From positions 960,001-1,024,000 of the forward strand of contig OZ223209.1 in the NCBI GenBank assembly GCA_965140415.1: a DNA stretch of 64,000 nucleotides. Direction: 5' to 3'. The position numbers were made by a program, and so were the translations under genes. A model generated the notes under the pieces. It was not told where the DNA came from. It searched no databases and worked only from the letters and a program-made list of their open reading frames with translations. Within the stretch, counting starts at the first letter, position 1. The number at the start of each line of letters is the position of its first letter. This DNA comes from Myxococcota bacterium (GTDB lineage Bacteria; Myxococcota_A; SURF-8). Below are positions 58,236 to 64,000 of the stretch, in pieces.

Positions 58236-60479
58236 ATGGCGCAGAAGGAAAACCTGAAGCTTCTTGAGGCGTTAAACGATAGCGTACGGCAGCGTTTCGA
58301 CGCGCAGAAAAAGATATTGAGCTACGAGGATTTTTTCGACCTGTTTGCGCAAACCCCGGTGCGTTTCAGTCGCAGCGCCTATCAGTACCTCACGGATATG
58401 ATCGAATACTACGGTGTTGACGAAACTCCGGGACCGATGGGCCGAAGCTTCAAGGTCTTCGAGCAAGCCTTCAATGGCGGCAAGGGCGCTGTGTGGGGAC
58501 ACGGTGACGTGCAGTCGGAGATCTATCATGTGCTCAAAACCTTCGCGCGAGGCGGACGGGCGGATAAGCTGATCCTGTTACACGGTCCCAACGGCTCGGC
58601 CAAAACCTCGCTGGTAGCCTGCCTGCTGAAAGGCTTGGAGAATTATTCCCAGCAGGAAGAGGGCGCGCTGTATCGCTTTAACTGGATTTTCCCGGAAGAG
58701 CGCATCACGAAGGAGAGCATCGGATTTTCCAAGTCCGATCAGAACGGTATCGATCCGGCGGCCAGCTATGCCTATCTGCCCGAGGATCGCATCGCCGCCA
58801 AAGTTGCGTGTCAGTTGCGAGACAATCCGATCTTTCTGCTTCCAAGAGGGGAGCGCGCCAAGATCTTTGCCGAGTTGAAGAAAAGCAATCCGGAGTTCGA
58901 CAACCACGACCTGTCGATATTCATGCAGGACGGCGACCTCTCGCCGAAGAACCGGCAGATTTACGATTCCCTGCTGGCGGCTTACGGTGGCGATTACGCG
59001 CGCGTACTGCGGCACGTGCAGGTGGAACGCTATTTCCTTTCCGAGCGCTACAAAGTCGGCGCGGTGACGATCGAACCGCAGATGAGTGTCGATGCTCACA
59101 TTCAGCAAGTGACCGCCGACCGCTCGCTGTCCTCGTTGCCACCGGTGTTGCAGAATCTGAATATCTTCGACACCTCGGGTCATCTGATCCAGGCCAACCA
59201 CGGCATCCTGGAATATTCCGATCTGCTAAAGCGCCCGCTCGATGCCTATAAATACCTGCTGGGAACCTGCGAAAAAGGGACCATCAACCTGGATGTGGCG
59301 CTGGTTTACCTGGATCTGGTGATGATTGGATCGAGTAACGACAAGTACCTGGAAGGCTTCAAGCAGGTGCCGGATTTCACCTCGTTCAAGGGACGCATGG
59401 AACTGATTCGCACGCCGTATTTGCGAAACTTCCTGGACGAACAGAAGATCTACGACGAGCAGGTGTCGATGGGCCCAAAGGATCGCAAAGTCACGCCGCA
59501 TCTGACGGAAATCGTGGCGCTGTGGTGCGTATTGACGCGCCTGCTGCGCCCGAACCCGGAGAAATACTCGGAAGACATTCGCCCGATCATCAAGCGTATC
59601 AATCCATTGGAAAAAGCGATTTTCTATGCGAGTGGGGAAGTGCCCGACTGGATTTCCATGGCTGAAGCCAAGGAACTGTTGGCCCAGCGTGGACGCTTGT
59701 TGCACGAATTCGATGCAGGTCCGATTTACGAAGGCAGCATGGGCGCGAGTCCACGCGAAGGAAAAATGCTGATGCAAAGCGTGGCGCAAGGCGATGATCA
59801 CAGTTGCATTTCGCCGCGTATGCTCTTTGCTCACATTCGCAAGCTCATTCAGGATGTGTCCGTTTTCGAATGGTTGCAGGCGGTGCCCGACGGCGAATAC
59901 GGCGATCAGAAAGCGCTATTGGACTACGTCCAGCAATACTATATCCGCAAGGTGGACAACGAACTGAAAGTGGCCATGGAAATGGTCGAAGAGGCCGAAT
60001 ACGCCAAGGCGCTGGAGCGCTATGTGGCGCAGACTTCCGCCTGGTTACAGAAAACCAAGGTCTTGGACCCCATCAGCGGCGTCGAGAAACCGGTGGACGA
60101 GCGCTTTATCCGCGAAACGGAGTTGATCATCGCTCCCGAAGACGATCCGCGCACCTTCCGGCAGGATGTGGTTTCCCGTGTGGCGGCTTACGCCCTGGAT
60201 CATCCCAACCAGCCGGTGGCCTACGACAAGATCTTCTCGCGCCAGATTCAGCGCATCGAGAACCATTACTTTTCTCAACAGCAAAGCCGCATTGCCAAGC
60301 TGCATGAAAACCTGATGCGTTACATGACCGACCGCAAAAACGAACTGGCCGATGAGGACAGGCAGGAAGTCGAGCGCCTGCTGGACCGGATGCAGACCCG
60401 TTTCGGTTATCACCCGGACTGCACCCGCGAAGTGGTCGGCATGTTGATGTCCACCAAGTACAAGAAGAATGGGGGGTAG
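58236..60479 (+). CDS. prkA: PrkA/YeaG-family AAA+ serine protein kinase
   Basis: LLHGPNGSAKT, ANHGILEYSDLLK, G.SPRE. Confidence 0.85.
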   Translation: MAQKENLKLLEALNDSVRQRFDAQKKILSYEDFFDLFAQTPVRFSRSAYQYLTDMIEYYGVDETPGPMGRSFKVFEQAFNGGKGAVWGHGDVQSEIYHVLKTFARGGRADKLILLHGPNGSAKTSLVACLLKGLENYSQQEEGALYRFNWIFPEERITKESIGFSKSDQNGIDPAASYAYLPEDRIAAKVACQLRDNPIFLLPRGERAKIFAELKKSNPEFDNHDLSIFMQDGDLSPKNRQIYDSLLAAYGGDYARVLRHVQVERYFLSERYKVGAVTIEPQMSVDAHIQQVTADRSLSSLPPVLQNLNIFDTSGHLIQANHGILEYSDLLKRPLDAYKYLLGTCEKGTINLDVALVYLDLVMIGSSNDKYLEGFKQVPDFTSFKGRMELIRTPYLRNFLDEQKIYDEQVSMGPKDRKVTPHLTEIVALWCVLTRLLRPNPEKYSEDIRPIIKRINPLEKAIFYASGEVPDWISMAEAKELLAQRGRLLHEFDAGPIYEGSMGASPREGKMLMQSVAQGDDHSCISPRMLFAHIRKLIQDVSVFEWLQAVPDGEYGDQKALLDYVQQYYIRKVDNELKVAMEMVEEAEYAKALERYVAQTSAWLQKTKVLDPISGVEKPVDERFIRETELIIAPEDDPRTFRQDVVSRVAAYALDHPNQPVAYDKIFSRQIQRIENHYFSQQQSRIAKLHENLMRYMTDRKNELADEDRQEVERLLDRMQTRFGYHPDCTREVVGMLMSTKYKKNGG

Positions 60480-60503
60480 ATAAAAGATCCAAGCACTAAA
60501 GGG

Positions 60504-61625
60504 TCAATTTAGGTCCCGGGAACATCGGAACCCGCTGCCGTTGAGCGTCATGACGGGATCGTAATAGTACCGGAGCGAAGCGCGCAGATTGTTGAAGTCG
60601 AAGCAGTCGCCGCCGCGAAGCACCCGGTAAGAGCAGTCGCCGCCTTCCCATACATCTCCCGTACCCGGATGGCCATTATAATCGCTGTGATAACAATCCT
60701 CCACCCATTCCCATACGTTGCCACTCATGTCGTACAAGCCGAAGGCGTTGGCATCATGCCCGCCAACCGGACAGGACTCCGCCTGATACCAGCATGCGAT
60801 GTCGTCCAGGCTGCTTGAGGTGTCACCGCAAAGCCAGGTCGTTGTGGTTCCCGCCCGCGCCGCGTACTCCCACTCCGCTTCACTCGGCAGGCGGCCGCCC
60901 ACCGCCTCGCAGAAAGCCTTGGCGTCGTACCAATCCACCTGCTCCACCGGACAGGTGGAACAATCACCATTGTAGCTCGGATTGCTCCCGGTAACCGCCT
61001 CGTACTGCGCCTGCGTGATCTCCGTCGCCGTCATTTCGAAGGCGTCCACCGTCACCGAGTGGCGGGGGCTTTCGTTCGAATTGCAATTCGTGTCCTGCGG
61101 GACGCAGCCCTGCTGATAGTTTCCAGAGGGAATTGAGATCCAGGTCAAACCAAATTCGACCACATCTTCATCTCCATCTGCTGGAACATCTCCGTCAACG
61201 GGTTCGTCACCATCCACCGGGGCATCGCCATCTACAGCATCCCCATCGCTAGGCAGGTCGCCGTCTATTGTATCCATGTCCCCATCAGGTGGGTTATCGG
61301 TATCCCCATCAGTAGTGTCCTTGTCCCCATCCGGTGGGTTATCGGTATCCCCATCAGTAGTGTCCTTGTCCCCATCCGGTGGGTTATCGATATCGCCATC
61401 CGTGGGCAGATCGCCATCCACGGTATCCTGGTCCCCATCCGTTGGGTTATCGGCATCACCGTCCGGTGTGTTTGGGTTCACGCAGTTTCCATCTAGACAA
61501 ATCAATCCATCTACGCACAACCCACCAGTCGTGCAGGGTTGCCCCAGGTGACCTTTGTCAGGCAGGAAGGAGTCACAAGATACCAGGAAAGCGGCTAGAG
61601 CAAATAGAATGGTAAATTTTGTCAT
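60504..61625 (-). CDS. FGE/SUMF1-domain (C-type-lectin fold) lipoprotein with DGD linker
   Basis: Lipobox LVSC; TEITQAQY, RLPSEAEWEYAARAG, FGLYDMSGNVWEW, RVLRGG, GFRC. Confidence 0.92.
   Translation of the reverse strand: MTKFTILFALAAFLVSCDSFLPDKGHLGQPCTTGGLCVDGLICLDGNCVNPNTPDGDADNPTDGDQDTVDGDLPTDGDIDNPPDGDKDTTDGDTDNPPDGDKDTTDGDTDNPPDGDMDTIDGDLPSDGDAVDGDAPVDGDEPVDGDVPADGDEDVVEFGLTWISIPSGNYQQGCVPQDTNCNSNESPRHSVTVDAFEMTATEITQAQYEAVTGSNPSYNGDCSTCPVEQVDWYDAKAFCEAVGGRLPSEAEWEYAARAGTTTTWLCGDTSSSLDDIACWYQAESCPVGGHDANAFGLYDMSGNVWEWVEDCYHSDYNGHPGTGDVWEGGDCSYRVLRGGDCFDFNNLRASLRYYYDPVMTLNGSGFRCSRDLN
61299..61388. repeat. Perfect 45-bp tandem duplication in the DGD linker
   Basis: 61299-61343 identical to 61344-61388. 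Confidence 0.9.
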
Positions 61626-61626
61626 C

Positions 61627-62727
61627 TTACCACCTCCCACTCAGCGTAATCACGCCACCTGAACCATCCGCCGTGGTACCCACCGAAACATGGTGCTCCT
61701 TCCACCAAGCCTCATCACCAGGCGAAAGCACCCATAGAACAATACCTGTAATCATCAACGCTCCGCCAACAGCGATGCCCGCATAACCCATTGCCGCCAT
61801 GTTTTTGGATTGATCCTCCGAGCCATTGATGGACCCGGAAGTCTGACTGTCGTATTCATTTGCATAGTGGGCAGCCAAGCCAAAACCAGCGCCACCTAAA
61901 ATCGCAGCCACACCGACACCCGTGAAGAACGTGACATAGCCGTACTTCTTGTATGGATTCATCGGATAATCCCGCTCCAAGGTCAGGTTCAAGCGGGTTG
62001 TCTCTTCCGACTTCACCCTTACGGATTCCTTGGCCGTCTTGTAGCCGTCGAGCTTTAATGTAAGCTTGTACTCGCCGACATCCACCTTTTGCTTAAAGGG
62101 CGTCTCTCCCATTTGATCGCCATCGAGAAACAAACCGGCTCCGGAAGGCTCGGAATGCACGTATAGCCGCCCCGGCTCCGGCGGAGGCGAGGGTTTGGGC
62201 TTCGGTTCGCTTCCCCTCTCTCCGTGGGAGAGGGGGCCGGGGGGTGAGGTCCCGAACAGTTCCGCCACCGCCTGCGGCAGGCTTTCTATCAGGGCGTTGA
62301 TATCGCCCTTGATGTTGCGGCTGCTGCGCCCGATCACTTCCGCCGTGCGCACATTGATGCGCCGCAGGTTCAGCATCCAGTAATCGCCGAGCTTGCCGAT
62401 GTCGCCCGAAACAGCCTCCGGTACGCCCAAGGCCGCGCCGATCTCCGCCACGCAGGAGGTATCTTCCGCACCGCACTGCTGCCGGGTTTCTTCGCCTTTC
62501 AGGATTGTAGTAATGTCGGCTTCGGAAATGACCTTTGCCCCGGAATACTTCGCCACCTGGTTGGCCACGAAGTTGGAGATCAGGTTCACATCCGCCTGTT
62601 TGACGTTTTCATTCCCCTGAAGCTTCCACACCACGATGCCGGGTGGCTCGTCTGCCAGTGATACAGCCGGAAAACTTGCGAAGAGAATCACCAAGAAAAT
62701 CAATAGCGGATTCATCCATTGCTTCAT
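61627..62727 (-). CDS. PEGA-domain protein with N-terminal alpha/beta domain and C-terminal Gly-rich hydrophobic helices
   Basis: L.V.SEPSGA.LFLDG..MGETP...GEY.L.L.LDGY; stop 1 bp before FGE gene start. Confidence 0.85.
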   Translation of the reverse strand: MKQWMNPLLIFLVILFASFPAVSLADEPPGIVVWKLQGNENVKQADVNLISNFVANQVAKYSGAKVISEADITTILKGEETRQQCGAEDTSCVAEIGAALGVPEAVSGDIGKLGDYWMLNLRRINVRTAEVIGRSSRNIKGDINALIESLPQAVAELFGTSPPGPLSHGERGSEPKPKPSPPPEPGRLYVHSEPSGAGLFLDGDQMGETPFKQKVDVGEYKLTLKLDGYKTAKESVRVKSEETTRLNLTLERDYPMNPYKKYGYVTFFTGVGVAAILGGAGFGLAAHYANEYDSQTSGSINGSEDQSKNMAAMGYAGIAVGGALMITGIVLWVLSPGDEAWWKEHHVSVGTTADGSGGVITLSGRW

Positions 62728-62924
62728 CTGTGCCACCCATGCAACCATGTAAATTGCGAGAAAGGTTTTGTGCCGAGATGCGGCAACTATATCATAATTC
62801 AAGTGGTTTTCAAGAATTTCACGGAAGATTGTCGCACCCAGAGATTAACGGTATTTCGATTGTCGTTGACCGTTTTGTGCGCTTGCGATATTCTAACAGA
62901 ATATTGGTTTCATAAGGAATTCCC

Positions 62925-64000
62925 GTGAAAGCTCGACTTTACATATGGTTACTGCTTCTAGTATTTGGATGTTGCGGCCTGGCCTGCGAATCTTCCGCCG
63001 AATTTCCCGATGGTGACATCGAACAGGAAGCGACTGGCGGTGACCCGGATACGGAGTTGGACGATCTCCCACCCGGCGATCTGGATGTGGAAGCATTCGA
63101 AGAAATGGCTGACACCGAAGCAGATGCGGAAACGACGGATGGCGATGTGGAACTGGAAGCCGAGAGCGAAATGGAAGCGGATGCCATCGATGTTGTAGAA
63201 GTCGATCTCGTCGAACCCTGGCCGGAGCGCATCGGCTACGACGAATTGCAATACGAGGGCGGCTATCAGGCCCAGAACATTCCCGATCCGGGCGAGTTGG
63301 TCTCCGTGATCCGGGTTCAGGGTGATCTTCCGGTATATACCTTGAGCTTACGCGCGATCATTCTGCACGGTTTTCTGCCGGATCTGCGCATCGAGTTGCA
63401 GTCACCTTCCGGGCGACGAGTGCTGTTGCGCGAAGCGGGTCTGGCGATCAGTGGAACCCAGTTGGATGAAAGCTGGGATCTGGACGCCTTCATGGGCGAC
63501 CGCACCGAGGGCGACTGGAGCCTGATCATTACCGATCTGTACGCCGGGGACCATGGCACTCTGATGTTCTGGGAACTGCAATTCCAGTCGGGACCGAACT
63601 GGCAACCGGAAGACGGCGACATGGAAGATGTAGTCGAAGGCGATCTGGACGAGGAGTCGGAAATCGAGTTGGATGGTGATCTGGAAGCGGACGTACAAGC
63701 TACGGACTTCCCCTATCCCATTCCCGACAATGATCCGGCGGGTTTGAGCGCGGTTATTTCCATTGCCGGTCAGGGAGCGGCAACGGTGGTCTGTGCCGCA
63801 GTGGATATTACGCACGAATACGGCGCGGATCTGCTGATCGAACTGGTCAGTCCATCCGGCACTGTGGCGACTTTAAAAGATGTTGGTGCACCGAAGAATG
63901 CCATCGATGGGCGCGAAACGTATTTCTCCCAGGACTTCGTGGGCGAAGAGCGTAGCGGCAACTGGACCTTGTGGGTGCGCGATCTGTACGAGCAGGACAT
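62925..64000 (+). CDS. Lipoprotein with DGD linkers and tandem proprotein-convertase P-domains (runs off window)
   Basis: My translation: TAAGGA RBS, GTG start, GLAC lipobox, open to 64000; DLRIELQSPSG..GDWSLIITD and ITHEYGADLLIELVSPSGT..GNWTLWVRD. Confidence 0.85.
   Translation, partial: MKARLYIWLLLLVFGCCGLACESSAEFPDGDIEQEATGGDPDTELDDLPPGDLDVEAFEEMADTEADAETTDGDVELEAESEMEADAIDVVEVDLVEPWPERIGYDELQYEGGYQAQNIPDPGELVSVIRVQGDLPVYTLSLRAIILHGFLPDLRIELQSPSGRRVLLREAGLAISGTQLDESWDLDAFMGDRTEGDWSLIITDLYAGDHGTLMFWELQFQSGPNWQPEDGDMEDVVEGDLDEESEIELDGDLEADVQATDFPYPIPDNDPAGLSAVISIAGQGAATVVCAAVDITHEYGADLLIELVSPSGTVATLKDVGAPKNAIDGRETYFSQDFVGEERSGNWTLWVRDLYEQD

Overview
A 64-kb chromosomal segment, about 55% GC by eye, probably from a deltaproteobacterial/Myxococcota-like bacterium (inferred from gene content). 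Core genes are topA (5' part outside the window), trmFO, clpP-clpX-lon, ribF, purL-purQ plus a PurN-like formyltransferase, thyX, cpoB-like, a LysM protein and a PrkA-family ATPase. Between them lie many accessory envelope proteins. I found no rRNA, tRNA, CRISPR array, integrase or transposase. Highlights: (1) an orphan His-Xaa-Ser x16 RiPP-like precursor with its own promoter and no radical-SAM gene in the window; (2) a TrmO/YaeB domain fused to a 190-aa tail that is about 40% His; (3) a minimal aryl-polyene-like type II PKS module (two dehydratases, two ACPs, a natural KS-CLF fusion, no ketoreductase); (4) six unrelated lipoproteins sharing acidic 'DGD' linkers; (5) a PEGA + FGE-domain gene pair with a mosaic middle and a C-terminus resembling a DGR variable region; (6) several REP-like families, including one insertion read in frame; (7) a complete-looking sigma54 enhancer/promoter module, an isolated structured element and 11-bp tandem arrays; (8) a tandem P-domain lipoprotein at the right edge that the ORF track missed. 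All family calls come from recognising motifs by eye; no searches were run.
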